A DNA stretch of 64,000 nt from an uncultured Nitrososphaerota archaeon. GTDB taxonomy: Archaea; Thermoproteota; Nitrososphaeria; Nitrososphaerales; CADDZS01. Positions within the stretch are counted from its first letter, which is position 1. Each line of letters opens with the position of its first letter. Made by a program: the position numbers and the translations under genes. The notes under the pieces were generated by a model. It was not told where the DNA came from. It saw only the letters and a program-made list of their open reading frames with translations, and did not search any database. This document shows, piece by piece, positions 49,386 through 59,868 of this stretch. The DNA is taken from NCBI GenBank assembly GCA_963799845.1, contig CAWCYI010000001.1:64001-128000 (forward strand), read 5' to 3'.

Positions 49386-49401
49386 TACGAATTTTTCCGG
49401 G

Positions 49402-49740
49402 CTAATAGTAATAAGCTTCAAAATGTGGCTTCAGAAATTTGCCAATATAATTCCAAGCGGCTTCTGCGGTTTCAAAGTATTTCCACTGTTCCTTACCTCC
49501 GGGTACGAGTTCCTTGGAAATTTCGTCCATTACTCTTTCCTTGATATTTATGCAATATTTATCGTCGCACTTTGTAACAAAAACGAATGCCCCCTTCTCA
49601 TATCCGGGTATCTCAGCAGTGAACCGTAAACCTTCGTCTAGCTCCAGTCCCCAGAGAAGAGTTTTGAGCTCTCGAATCTGAGTAATTTTTCGTTCGGAGT
49701 AGCCTGTTTTGCTTGCAGTTTCCGGTTTATCGCGGGGCAT
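49402..49740 (-). CDS. Hypothetical protein
   Basis: 112-aa ATG ORF with globular composition, divergent from the CysRS-like gene. Confidence 0.65.
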   Translation of the reverse strand: MPRDKPETASKTGYSERKITQIRELKTLLWGLELDEGLRFTAEIPGYEKGAFVFVTKCDDKYCINIKERVMDEISKELVPGGKEQWKYFETAEAAWNYIGKFLKPHFEAYYY

Positions 49741-49889
49741 TCGTGTTGGTCTGCGTTAAGAGTGGGATAAAGCTAATAATAATAGCTTTATTCTTCTATT
49801 TTTTGTTCGCAAGTTCGCCCTTGAAATCGGCTATGTCGTTCTTGCCCCGCTAGATTTCTCAAACCCAAGCACAGCTTTCAATTTGTAAG

Positions 49890-51095
49890 TTGATTTCATT
49901 GCGGTTATACAATACACTCTCGGAGACTAAAGTTGATCTCGAATCAACTGACGAATTTCGAATGTTCGTATGCGGCCCCACCGTTCAGGACAATGTGCAT
50001 CTTGGACACGCGAAAACGTACCTAGCATTTGATGTTCTCGCTAGATGGTTGCTGAAAAGCGGCCGTAAGGTATTCTTCTTGTTGAACATTACGGATGTTG
50101 ACGACAAGATATTCGATCGTGCCAAAAAAGAGAACGTATCTCACACTGCAATTGCTGACAAGTTTTACAACGCATTCTTGGAGGACTTGGATGCTCTGAA
50201 TATTGCTACCGTCAGTAAATTTGCGAGAGTTTCGAATTATGTTGATGAATCAGTTGTCCTAGTCAAGGATCTTTTGGAAAATGGAAAAGCGTACCACTTG
50301 GAAGGCAGCGTGTATTTTGACACTTCCAAAGCAGACCATTTTGGGAAGCTGTCTCATCAATCAGCGCTTGATTTGATACTCAAGCAAATTGATGCTGCCC
50401 CGGGCAAAAGGAATTCTGTTGATTTTCTCCTGTGGCGAGCAATTTCTGACACCACTGAAGGTATCTGGGAAACAGAAATCGGTGCAGGGAGGCCGGGATG
50501 GCATATACAGGATTCCGCGATCGCGTTTATCGAATTGCACGGACCGTACGATCTACACGGCGGAGCAACGGAACTAATTTTCCCTCATCACGAAGCTGAA
50601 TTAGCGCAAGATGAAGCAATTTCTGGTTTAATCCCCTTCGTCAAGACGTGGATGCATACTGGACTGTTGCTAAAAGGCCAAGAGAAGATGAGCAAGAGCC
50701 TCGGCAACGTTGTAACGATCCGAGAAGCCCTGAAGAAATTCAAGGCTGACATAATCAGGTTTCATTTCTTGAAGCATCATTATCGGGAGGCTTTCGAATA
50801 CTCTTTGAATTCGTTGAATGCAAGCAAAGAAGGATTTCAAGCAATTGAAGATGCGGCGAGAGCTGTACCAAGGAACGAAATCGGCGGAAAAATAGAAGTT
50901 CAAAGATCCGCCAACGCTGACAAAATCTACGACGAATTTTCTTCGCACATGAATGATGATCTCAACACTCCGGGAGCTATATCGTTGCTTTTGGATGTCT
51001 CTCAGAGAATTTCTAAGGAGGTCGGTCAGGAAAAACACGAACTCGGAAGTCTGTTTTGGGAAATTGTGGAGACGCTGGGATTTACACTACCTTGA
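49890..51095 (+). CDS. Cysteine-tRNA ligase-like protein lacking the anticodon-binding domain (MshC-like architecture)
   Basis: CGPT..HLGH, NITDVDDK, GRPGWHIQD, FPHHEAE, KMSKSLGN, DALR-like DDLNTP, then stop at 401 aa. Confidence 0.85.
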   Translation: MISLRLYNTLSETKVDLESTDEFRMFVCGPTVQDNVHLGHAKTYLAFDVLARWLLKSGRKVFFLLNITDVDDKIFDRAKKENVSHTAIADKFYNAFLEDLDALNIATVSKFARVSNYVDESVVLVKDLLENGKAYHLEGSVYFDTSKADHFGKLSHQSALDLILKQIDAAPGKRNSVDFLLWRAISDTTEGIWETEIGAGRPGWHIQDSAIAFIELHGPYDLHGGATELIFPHHEAELAQDEAISGLIPFVKTWMHTGLLLKGQEKMSKSLGNVVTIREALKKFKADIIRFHFLKHHYREAFEYSLNSLNASKEGFQAIEDAARAVPRNEIGGKIEVQRSANADKIYDEFSSHMNDDLNTPGAISLLLDVSQRISKEVGQEKHELGSLFWEIVETLGFTLP

Positions 51096-51886
51096 TTCAG
51101 AGCGGGCCTGTGCTTCAAAACGAATTTTCCTTTGATAGGTTATTTTGTGATGTTATAGTCGAATCAAATTTTTCGATCTACTACAACGCCCACTTTTCAG
51201 ATGACCCAATTTTCAACCATGCCGCAATCTCCAGTTCCATCCTAGATTCGGATGAATACTCTTCAATTGAGATTGCTGCCATCCTCGATTCTATAGTTAC
51301 CAAGACAGATAGCGTTAGAGTCCCGGCCAGCATTTACGTCGAGAGATTTTGGAAAAATGCCCGGCGGTTTGAGGGAGACTCAATTGATTATGGTTTCCGA
51401 ATAATTGAGCAAATGGAAGTTCTGACTAAAGGAGTCGAAAGACCCCCGGAGGAAGACACCGACATCAGAGTTGAGCGGACTAAAGACATCAATACCTGGA
51501 ACAAGACGTTTGTCAAGTCATTTGGAATTCCTCCCAGCTGGCTTTCCGAACTTGAAAGGCGAACGAGAATGCTTCTTGATGATGAATCTACAATTTTGAT
51601 GATAGCGAGAGAGAAAAATTTGATAGAGCCTTCGGGCTGTCTCCTCTTGCACATAGACCCGAGGGATCACTTGGGCGTGTACTGCGTAGGAACCATCCCT
51701 GAACGCAGATCTCATGGTGTCGCAAAATCGATGATGATCACTACGCAAGAATATGCATTTCAAAATAAATGCAGAACAATCCTGCTTCAGACACTCAAAA
51801 GCGATGGTGTAACGCCCATGTATCTGAAGATGGGTTTTGCCATCGATTTTCAAAGAGACGTTCTTCAGTTCCAGAGGACTGCATGA
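51092..51886 (+). CDS. GNAT acetyltransferase
   Basis: VGTIPERRSHGVAK (motif A), YLKMGF (motif B); TTG start overlaps the upstream stop (TTGA). Confidence 0.85.
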   Translation: MIQSGPVLQNEFSFDRLFCDVIVESNFSIYYNAHFSDDPIFNHAAISSSILDSDEYSSIEIAAILDSIVTKTDSVRVPASIYVERFWKNARRFEGDSIDYGFRIIEQMEVLTKGVERPPEEDTDIRVERTKDINTWNKTFVKSFGIPPSWLSELERRTRMLLDDESTILMIAREKNLIEPSGCLLLHIDPRDHLGVYCVGTIPERRSHGVAKSMMITTQEYAFQNKCRTILLQTLKSDGVTPMYLKMGFAIDFQRDVLQFQRTA

Positions 51887-51894
51887 AGCGGCCT

Positions 51895-52659
51895 CTATTT
51901 CTTTTGCTGCTGCATTGTTTTGATGACTTCGGAGATTCGTTTGTTGACCTCCGTAACAATCGTGTCTCTTTGTTCTGGCCGCAAGATCATGATCGTCAGT
52001 GTCAATTCGGTCGATTGAGGAGTCCGGGACTTTATCGTTAAGACGGGCGGGAATCTCTTATCCAGATGGAGCCTCAACTTGTTGAAGTTCTTGAGGACAT
52101 TGCTTTCAAATGCAGCGAGATCTATTGAACTCCCGATGACGATTGGAATCGTCACCTCTTTCCATGCCTGAGGTGTCGAGTTCATGACAACCTCGCTGAT
52201 CATGGCCGAATTTGGCACAGAAACCAGCCTGTCGTCGTCTGTCAATAGGATCGTGGTTATGGAATTTACTTCGACCACCTTTCCAGAATGATTGAGAACC
52301 GTAATAGAATCTCCGACCTTGAAGGGAACGTAAACATCACTGAAATATTTTGCACCCACGTTCTCGAGCGGCACGCGCAATGCGATAATCGCGCCGACAC
52401 CTACCAGTCCAACCATGACGAGGAGGATATCCGAACGAATTCCGAGCTGTTCAATCGCAAGCACTATTCCGATTAGCCAGACGATGAACCAGACAACCCT
52501 TTTCGCCTGAGTTACCAGAAGAGGAACACTCTGTCTCAACAATCTGCCGGTTACTATGCTCGCCAGTCTTGCGACTACCCAGGTTGCGATAAGAATCGCA
52601 GCGAAGTAGACTACTGGAATTAGATACTGGAAAACACCCTCCAACTGACCAATTGTCAA
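51895..52659 (-). CDS. mscS: MscS-family mechanosensitive channel
   Basis: Three TMs, PFKVGDSI..SGKVVEVN..TT...VSVPNS. Confidence 0.9.
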   Translation of the reverse strand: MTIGQLEGVFQYLIPVVYFAAILIATWVVARLASIVTGRLLRQSVPLLVTQAKRVVWFIVWLIGIVLAIEQLGIRSDILLVMVGLVGVGAIIALRVPLENVGAKYFSDVYVPFKVGDSITVLNHSGKVVEVNSITTILLTDDDRLVSVPNSAMISEVVMNSTPQAWKEVTIPIVIGSSIDLAAFESNVLKNFNKLRLHLDKRFPPVLTIKSRTPQSTELTLTIMILRPEQRDTIVTEVNKRISEVIKTMQQQKK

Positions 52660-53069
52660 GAGATTTATCAGCTGTTACGAATTGGCTTATTTCTCTTCCT
52701 ATATTAAAACAAACAAAGACTGGCAATTTCTGAACCAAGACGCGCGTAACGCAACAAGATTCAGGCTGACCTAAATTATCAAGTCTCCATCTGGCGTTCG
52801 TGATCGGCTCGTTTCGGTTTAACTAATTTTTCGTGTAATTGGAAGTCGCATGAAGTACAGAGAAATTGTCTGTGCGAAGAACAGTAGCTCACATCTTCGT
52901 CCGCACCGCACTTTTCACAAAAAAACCAACTCACCAATTGCTAATATCTCCGATTGCATTCGATAAATATTGAGACTAAAATCAGATTTCCCCTGAGCAA
53001 AAATTCAAGTTTCTCGTAGTGGATCAATTACCTAATTTATTCCGCCATCGTTCGGACCGATGAATCTTC

Positions 53070-53115
53070 TTTTCAAAAAAGGGGGAGGGTACTGGTGCTT
53101 TCGCATCAGTATACC
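53070..53115 (-). terminator. Hairpin plus T-tract terminator
   Basis: Minus strand TACTGATGC-GAAA-GCACCAGTA followed by CCCTCCCCCTTTTTT, just after the stop of gene 53140-53757. Confidence 0.5.
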
Positions 53116-53139
53116 AAATTACCGTGGTGAATTCCCTAC

Positions 53140-53757
53140 TTAGCCACATGCCTGAGACAGTGCATAGTCAGTCTGAAGGACAAGACCTGTCTGCCCGTTC
53201 AGATTCGCTACGAAGAAACTAAAGTTCTGTCCGTGACCGCTAGCCCACATCGCACTTGTGACCTGCTGACCCAAGGTATTTGTGTCCTGGCCATTGGCTG
53301 GCACCCAGTACCAGTTCCAAGTGAACGCCTTTTGCGAGGGCACAGTGAAGGTCATCTGTCCGTTACCGTTGAAGGCAATCGTCACGTTAGTTCCTGGTGC
53401 AAGTACCTGAAAACCGATTCCGTTAAGGGCGCTGCAATCTGATGCGGAAGGACCAGCTACCGGGTCAGAGTTTCCCCCACTTTGATCGGATGTCGAAGTA
53501 ACCGTTGTTGTGCTATCTACAGTGGTGGTCGAAGAAGTTACTGTGGTGGTAGAGGTGCTGGAAGAAGTGCACGTCACTGCGCCATCTTCACCGCCTTGAT
53601 GACATCCCTTTCCTGCAGCTAGTGGAAGTGCAGCGTTTGAAGTCCTTAGTCCAACTGCTAGAGAGGCTATCAAGAAAATGAAGACGAAACTCATCAGCGC
53701 TAGAGTTCCCTTCGCTGTTCTCAGCTTACTGGAAGTAGTACGTGATCCTGTTAACAT
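53140..53757 (-). CDS. Secreted protein with Thr/Ser linker
   Basis: Signal peptide, T/S-rich linker, beta-rich C-domain, four Cys. Confidence 0.7.
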   Translation of the reverse strand: MLTGSRTTSSKLRTAKGTLALMSFVFIFLIASLAVGLRTSNAALPLAAGKGCHQGGEDGAVTCTSSSTSTTTVTSSTTTVDSTTTVTSTSDQSGGNSDPVAGPSASDCSALNGIGFQVLAPGTNVTIAFNGNGQMTFTVPSQKAFTWNWYWVPANGQDTNTLGQQVTSAMWASGHGQNFSFFVANLNGQTGLVLQTDYALSQACG

Positions 53758-54322
53758 AGTTCTCTAGTACGGAGCTCAAATCTATATAATACTTCCAAAC
53801 GATTTCAATTTTCCACAAACGCCTAAATCTAATGCTCTAAGAACCTTCAGCGCCTAACTGAATTTGAGCGTGGTCAGCCCCATTCGATTTTCGAATGATA
53901 TCGATAATCGATAGGGGTGTCTCCTATTTTTGGAAAGATTTTGAACTAGGCAATTTTGAGTCGGCCTAACAGTTTTTTGAAATAAGTGTTTCCGATCTTG
54001 AAAGGAAACACAACAGAATTAACAATCGGAAAAGTCAAATTTTGAAACAATGTCACTATAAAGTTAGGGCGTTCCAGTATTTCTAAAAACAAATGATTTT
54101 ACAGTTCTATTGGATATAAGAGATTCTTTTTTTAGAGCAACAAGAAACCCACAGTTTGACAAAGCAATCTTATGCTGCAAATTAGGCAATTTCGGGTATC
54201 TAAAACGACAAGAAAAATCAAAACAGTATGGGAAAAAGAGCTACGAACCGGCCTCGCACGGCCGGTAACAGTTTGCGGGAGTTTTTAAGAAAGGAATAAT
54301 TTCTGGATACTATTGCAACTTG

Positions 54323-55627
54323 TCAAGTATCTGAGAAATAGATCTGGGTTGTAGTTGCGTTATTCTCCCACGCGCCAAACGCAGTCGACCCGGTGTTGGC
54401 AATCGCTCCGGTTGCAATATCTTGTTCCGCTTGAGCACCCGAAGCGGGGCCGTTGTTGCTCAGATAAACTGGCGTGGACCAGGTTGATCCACCATCAGAG
54501 CTATACGTGACCAAGGTTTGCCAGTCGTTATTCTTTGTATTAACTTTCTCGCTCCACATGACGTAGACGTTACTGCCCGAGGTCGAAACAGTAAACGGCC
54601 ACTCGTTATCTCGATTTGCAATTCCAATTACAAGCGGCCCGCTCCATGATGTTCCGGTGTTCGTTGATACGTCAACGTATTCCTGAGAGCTCGATCCGCC
54701 GGGAAAAGTCCTCCAAGCAACGAAAAACGTGCTACCAGAGATCCCCAACATCGGGGCCCACGCATCGGGCGTCGCAGTTGACAGGACTTCTTTAGTACTA
54801 AATTTGACACCGCTATTGGTGCTATAGACTGCGTAGATTACGCTTGAACTCCCCTTCGTCTCCCACGCGGCCAAGACGTCGGTTCCCGCAGCGGCGATCC
54901 ACGGTTCTGCGCCAGATCCGAAACTAAAGATCTTCCAGGACACACCCGCGTTGTTGCTGACGGCAAGTTTGATTCCGTCACCAATGGCATAAACGTTGGC
55001 ACCCACACCTGCTATTTGCGGTTCGTGAGAGCCGGAGAATTTGAAGGGCGTGGTCCAAGTCGCCCCGTTATTGGCGCTCACAGTTACGAACGAGGCGGAT
55101 CCGGCAATCCAAGCTACGTAGACGTAGTTACCATACGCTGCAATGACGGGCGTCGAAGCGGCTGTAGTGGGATTGGTATCTACTATTATTGCAGGGTTGA
55201 AGGCGACTCCACTGTCAGAACTTGAGGCAAAGTAAATTTGCGAAACCTTATTGGTCGATGTTGTCTGGGTCCATACAACGTAAACGTAGCTACCATAAGC
55301 CGCCATCAATGGATAATTGGAAGTCCCTCCAACTGTGGGACTAATACGGAGAGGAGCAGATGACAAAGACGGATTCCAAGTTGACCCCTCGTCGGGACTG
55401 GATCTAAATTGAATACCGTGACTTTTTTCCGTCCACACGACGTACACACTGCTGCCTGAACTTTGGACGTTGGGATACTGGGCACTATTCGAATCATTGC
55501 TGAGATTGAACGCCGGATTGAAACTCGGTGGGCTCGTCGCACCTACGACCAAAAATATTCCTGAGGAAAGAAGGAAAACTGTTATCAACGACACCCCACA
55601 TACAAAGGTTCCGAACCTTTTATTCAC
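54323..55627 (-). CDS. Secreted Asp-box/BNR beta-propeller protein (paralog 1)
   Basis: Signal peptide; repeated SxDxGxTW/F boxes with VYVVW strands. Confidence 0.85.
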   Translation of the reverse strand: MNKRFGTFVCGVSLITVFLLSSGIFLVVGATSPPSFNPAFNLSNDSNSAQYPNVQSSGSSVYVVWTEKSHGIQFRSSPDEGSTWNPSLSSAPLRISPTVGGTSNYPLMAAYGSYVYVVWTQTTSTNKVSQIYFASSSDSGVAFNPAIIVDTNPTTAASTPVIAAYGNYVYVAWIAGSASFVTVSANNGATWTTPFKFSGSHEPQIAGVGANVYAIGDGIKLAVSNNAGVSWKIFSFGSGAEPWIAAAGTDVLAAWETKGSSSVIYAVYSTNSGVKFSTKEVLSTATPDAWAPMLGISGSTFFVAWRTFPGGSSSQEYVDVSTNTGTSWSGPLVIGIANRDNEWPFTVSTSGSNVYVMWSEKVNTKNNDWQTLVTYSSDGGSTWSTPVYLSNNGPASGAQAEQDIATGAIANTGSTAFGAWENNATTTQIYFSDT

Positions 55628-56128
55628 TTTCGTGTACTCTCACCAGAATCTGAACTAACCAGCTCTATGTATTTTACTGCACAATTTTCCAGCTCGTCCA
55701 GGAATGATAAATCAATATTCAGAAATAACAATGATCGAGTTGAGACCAGTAGTTTACTATTTATTATTAGTTACACCTTTCGAATTTTGGACACTCTCCA
55801 TAAACAGAGAAAAGTTCGAAATATGCCGATCTTAGAAAAATTAGTTCTGCTTCTTCATGCATCAAATTTCTTGAAACAATGTACTGTAACAATCATGTAT
55901 CGGCTCCCGCTATAGGAGCGCGCTACAAAGAATCAAGCAGAAATAGCCTTTGATGATCGGATTCAAGTTGATACAAAGTAGATTTGAGATTTTGCACCAG
56001 TGCTAATCTAATACTACACATGCCCGCTCACATCAGTCCATTCATTTTATTCGACCCAAAAGGACCTCCTCGAAGTGCGAAATCGCTGACAAAACATATC
56101 TAATCAGAGAACAAGTTATTTTAGGAAT

Positions 56129-56812
56129 TTGGCGTCAATCAAGGTTCTTGCGATCGCACTTATCGTATTGGTGGTTGCAATAATCTCATCTGCGATAATT
56201 GTGGGTTCGTCTGTCAACATCCCCCTTTCTTCTAATTCGGGTGGTACGACGACCCAGACCTCAGTAGTGCTTCAGACGGTAAATTTGACGAGCACTTATT
56301 CGACGACCCTTCCGTTGACTACATTTCTGACACAGACTCTCACCACACTTTCTACAGATCTTAACATATCGAATCTAGTCCGAACAGTGAGCACCACAGA
56401 AGTTTCGACGGACGTTTACGTAACGACAACCAGCAACATTGTCTACATAACAAGTTCGATTTATTACATAACTACTGAAGTCCAAATAAGTTTAACATAC
56501 AAGAACGGAGGTACTTCTACTGCTCTTACAACTTCGACCGTAACATATAGTACTACAGAAACTGTTGCGTCTTCTACGGTCTATATTACCGCGACAACAA
56601 CGCCTACAACGACTGTCACAAGCACGTCTTTTGGCACGACTACTGAAATTGTCCCAACTACCCTTACCACTGTGAATGAAACATCAACAGTTACAACTCC
56701 GATTACGGTTACAAGTGTGAATGCCACGGAAACGGATACAGTTACTAGTACGGTAACGAGTACAAGTACTACAACAACGACTTGTATACCGCCGAATCCG
56801 CCGTTTTGCTAA
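56129..56812 (+). CDS. Thr-rich mucin-like surface protein
   Basis: N-terminal hydrophobic anchor, very T/S/V-rich body, NxT sequons, CIPPNPPFC tip. Confidence 0.7.
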   Translation: MASIKVLAIALIVLVVAIISSAIIVGSSVNIPLSSNSGGTTTQTSVVLQTVNLTSTYSTTLPLTTFLTQTLTTLSTDLNISNLVRTVSTTEVSTDVYVTTTSNIVYITSSIYYITTEVQISLTYKNGGTSTALTTSTVTYSTTETVASSTVYITATTTPTTTVTSTSFGTTTEIVPTTLTTVNETSTVTTPITVTSVNATETDTVTSTVTSTSTTTTTCIPPNPPFC

Positions 56813-57008
56813 GCTTATTCCAAACCTGATACTCGATGCCATCGGATACGGATACGGATTCAGAATTTTAATTCTTCTAGTTGTCGCAAGTTTGTCCGTA
56901 GCTTGCTCGTACTAACATGATAAGTTCCGTTTTAGAATACACCCTTCTTTTCGATGATTTTGTATTTTGGAATCCATGTGAGATGCTAAATAGATTCAGT
57001 ATGAACAT

Positions 57009-58355
57009 ATGGATTTGTTCGAAGGTAATTCTCGATTGGCCAAACACACTGCAAGATTTGCAATAATCGCTTTTTCACTTCTAGCAATATTACTGCCCTC
57101 TTCTTTTATGGTATCCAGAGCGGATTCTCTGGCGACTCCTACTTTTTCAACGGCGATAAATCTGAGCGCAGACAAAAACATCGCGCAGTATCCGATGGTT
57201 GCGAATTCAGGCGACAATGTTTACGTTGCCTGGACAGAAGGTAAGGCGGGAATATTTTTCAGATCGAGCTCCAATGATGGGTCGACCTGGAATCCTTCGA
57301 TAACGACGACTGCAATGAAATTGAGCTCAGCTGGAGGAAACCCATCTTACCCCGTGATTACAGCTAACGGTAGTAATGTTTACGTCGCGTGGTCCCAAAG
57401 AACGAAAGGCGATGCTGCTCCGCGGATCTACTTCTCATACAGCGTGAATTTTGGAGCAACTTTTTCAAAGCCTATTGCAATTGATGTTACCCCGGCTGTT
57501 GCAGCGATCACACCGGTAATCGCAGGATGGGGGAACGATGTTTATGTGGCATGGTCAGCCAACGAGCTATCTTACGTGACATCGAGCACTGATAACGGGT
57601 CTAGTTGGGGCCAGGTCTACCAGTTCGGCGGATATCATGAGCCGCAGCTGGCGGCATGGGGATCCAACGTTTATTTCATCTCCGACAGTACAGGTTCCCT
57701 GAGTCTAGCGTATGCATACAGCAACGACAACGGAAATACTTGGCATTCTTCCTCGATGGGCACGGGAGGATCAGAACCTTGGATCGCAGCCTCCGGTTCG
57801 AACGTCTATATCACCTATGAATTAAAGAGCAATTCTGGTGCAAAGGTCTATGGATGGATTAGCCACGACAATGGAGTCAGCCTCGGAAATCAATTGTTGT
57901 TTAGCAGCAGCATCCCTAGCGGTTTCGAACCACAGTTATACGCTTCCGGAACGAACGTATACCTGGCAATTCACCAGGTAGGTGCCAAGCCTCAGGTTTG
58001 GATGGAAGTTTCGGTCGATTCGGGTGACAGTTGGAACAACAATGTCTCTCTTAGCGGGATTGGAAACAATGGCTGGGCGACTGTAATCTCAATTTCTGGA
58101 CAGAACATCTTTACAATCTGGGGTGCTCAAGTGGGAGCTACATCAACTTGGAATGCCTACATCGGTTACTCTGGAGACGGAGGGAATACCTGGACTTCTG
58201 CTCCAGGAGTTGACGTGAGTAACAATGCAAATGGCGTTGCAGCTCCCAACACAGATATCGCCTCGAGTTCCATTGCTTCTTATGGAACCCACGGGTTTGC
58301 TGCCTGGCAGAGTACTAAAACCGGCATTGATCAGATCTGGTTCGCTTCATCCTGA
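57009..58355 (+). CDS. Secreted Asp-box/BNR beta-propeller protein (paralog 2)
   Basis: Signal peptide; SNDGSTW, STDNGSSW, SNDNGNTW, SGDGGNTW; colinear with paralog 1. Confidence 0.85.
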   Translation: MDLFEGNSRLAKHTARFAIIAFSLLAILLPSSFMVSRADSLATPTFSTAINLSADKNIAQYPMVANSGDNVYVAWTEGKAGIFFRSSSNDGSTWNPSITTTAMKLSSAGGNPSYPVITANGSNVYVAWSQRTKGDAAPRIYFSYSVNFGATFSKPIAIDVTPAVAAITPVIAGWGNDVYVAWSANELSYVTSSTDNGSSWGQVYQFGGYHEPQLAAWGSNVYFISDSTGSLSLAYAYSNDNGNTWHSSSMGTGGSEPWIAASGSNVYITYELKSNSGAKVYGWISHDNGVSLGNQLLFSSSIPSGFEPQLYASGTNVYLAIHQVGAKPQVWMEVSVDSGDSWNNNVSLSGIGNNGWATVISISGQNIFTIWGAQVGATSTWNAYIGYSGDGGNTWTSAPGVDVSNNANGVAAPNTDIASSSIASYGTHGFAAWQSTKTGIDQIWFASS

Positions 58356-58407
58356 ATGAAAATTTCAGTGGGTTAGCGGACAAATCTGGGGACAATAACG
58401 TTCTCGA

Positions 58408-58719
58408 CTACTCTGTTTTCGTGGTAAGACCGATCACGAGCACGAAGTAGGCAAGACCGAGAATACCAATAACAGCGAGTCCGATGCCAATGTACAATTG
58501 GCCGTGAACTGTCGAGAGCATAGACTGCAGCTGAAATCCTGTCACGTTGTAAGGGCAGGGACCATTGTTTATGCAAATCTGTAGAACTTTCTCGGTTTCA
58601 TACGCTGTATATGCCAAGCGCACCCCTACCGCAAGAGCAACAGCTGCTACGATGGAGAGAAATGTTCTCGCGATTATACTTCTGGAACTCAAATTCAAAA
58701 ACCTGGTAGGCGAATTCAA
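58408..58719 (-). CDS. Small two-TM protein with Cys pair in the loop
   Basis: Two TMs flanking CINNGPC. Confidence 0.6.
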   Translation of the reverse strand: MNSPTRFLNLSSRSIIARTFLSIVAAVALAVGVRLAYTAYETEKVLQICINNGPCPYNVTGFQLQSMLSTVHGQLYIGIGLAVIGILGLAYFVLVIGLTTKTE

Positions 58720-59034
58720 AATAAACTTTGGATTTTCCTCAATATTCTAAACCATTCTAAAACCCAGAGGAAAGTATCCGAATTATTGGACTTTGAATTT
58801 GCTCTGATCTCGTCGCCCTAAATATCACAGGAAAAAGAACTCTAACTCAATTTAGCCATTACTATTCTCGCAATTTAAACTTAGTCGCGATATGCTTCTA
58901 ATTGCGTTAAATTAAAGCGACCCGTTCAAGCTAAATGACGCAGCATTGAAAGCCAACAACTCGCGGGAGAATTTTCCCACGAGTGAAGCTCCCTTGGGTT
59001 AGATCAGCGATTTTCGTAATTGGTATTCGAGACC

Positions 59035-59508
59035 CTAGTGCACATTCGGAATCGGGAGGGGAGCCACTATCCCTGATCGGTCTTCACCCAATTCCGGCAT
59101 CGGAACGCCTCTTCCGATAATTGTCCCTATCATTAGGAGATTTTGCGCCACTAATACCCCTTTCGCAGTAAGTCGAACTTCAACGGATCCGATTACCCTG
59201 CCCTCGGCCATCTCTCTACGCTGCTTGCAGTTGAGCAATCCCGTGTCGATCAGCATTATTTTCACTTTCGCCCAACTCGATGCGCTTATACCCGCTCTCT
59301 TTGTGATTTGTCCTGACGAAAGAGATCCGTCCTTTGACAACAAGAGGGCGATAAGGATCTTCGATTGGAGGGAACCTAAAACATAATTGTCCAATTCTGA
59401 CGATACGGAACCTGCTGAAGAGTTTGATTGATCAATATGCTCCAACTCTGGATTTCCAAAGACATATTGAGTCCGCCCTAAATTTACCTCTTGTAACTGA
59501 AGTGCCAA
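59035..59508 (-). CDS. Winged-helix (MarR-like) regulator
   Basis: KILIALL..LSSGQITKRAGISASSW..LIDTGLL..VRLTAKG. Confidence 0.7.
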   Translation of the reverse strand: MALQLQEVNLGRTQYVFGNPELEHIDQSNSSAGSVSSELDNYVLGSLQSKILIALLLSKDGSLSSGQITKRAGISASSWAKVKIMLIDTGLLNCKQRREMAEGRVIGSVEVRLTAKGVLVAQNLLMIGTIIGRGVPMPELGEDRSGIVAPLPIPNVH

Positions 59509-59868
59509 TTCGATCTCTCAATCCAGATCTGTACTCCATGACGAAATAAGCATTTTTCCTATCGATTGTGGATATATCGTAACCGATGTATCGATTTTTT
59601 TATTATGCTGAGAAAATTGTGCGTACGCCTAATTGTTATGAATTTGATGAGTCGATCACTCGGCCTTGAAAGTCTAATGAGCAAACGACTCCTATCGAAT
59701 TTCGATGCATGAGCGTGAGATAATTTCTCGGCCTCAACCAGACACATGAGATTAGTGCTCGATCGGTAAGATATGAGGTTGAGATAAGTCCGGCAAAGGT
59801 CATCGATTAGATCTTGGATATATTTAATACGCATATAGCGAAGACTTTTTGGAAAAAGGGGATCGAAG

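Noticed and set aside
56843-56860. CGGATA x3 micro-repeat
   Set aside because: Too short to distinguish from chance
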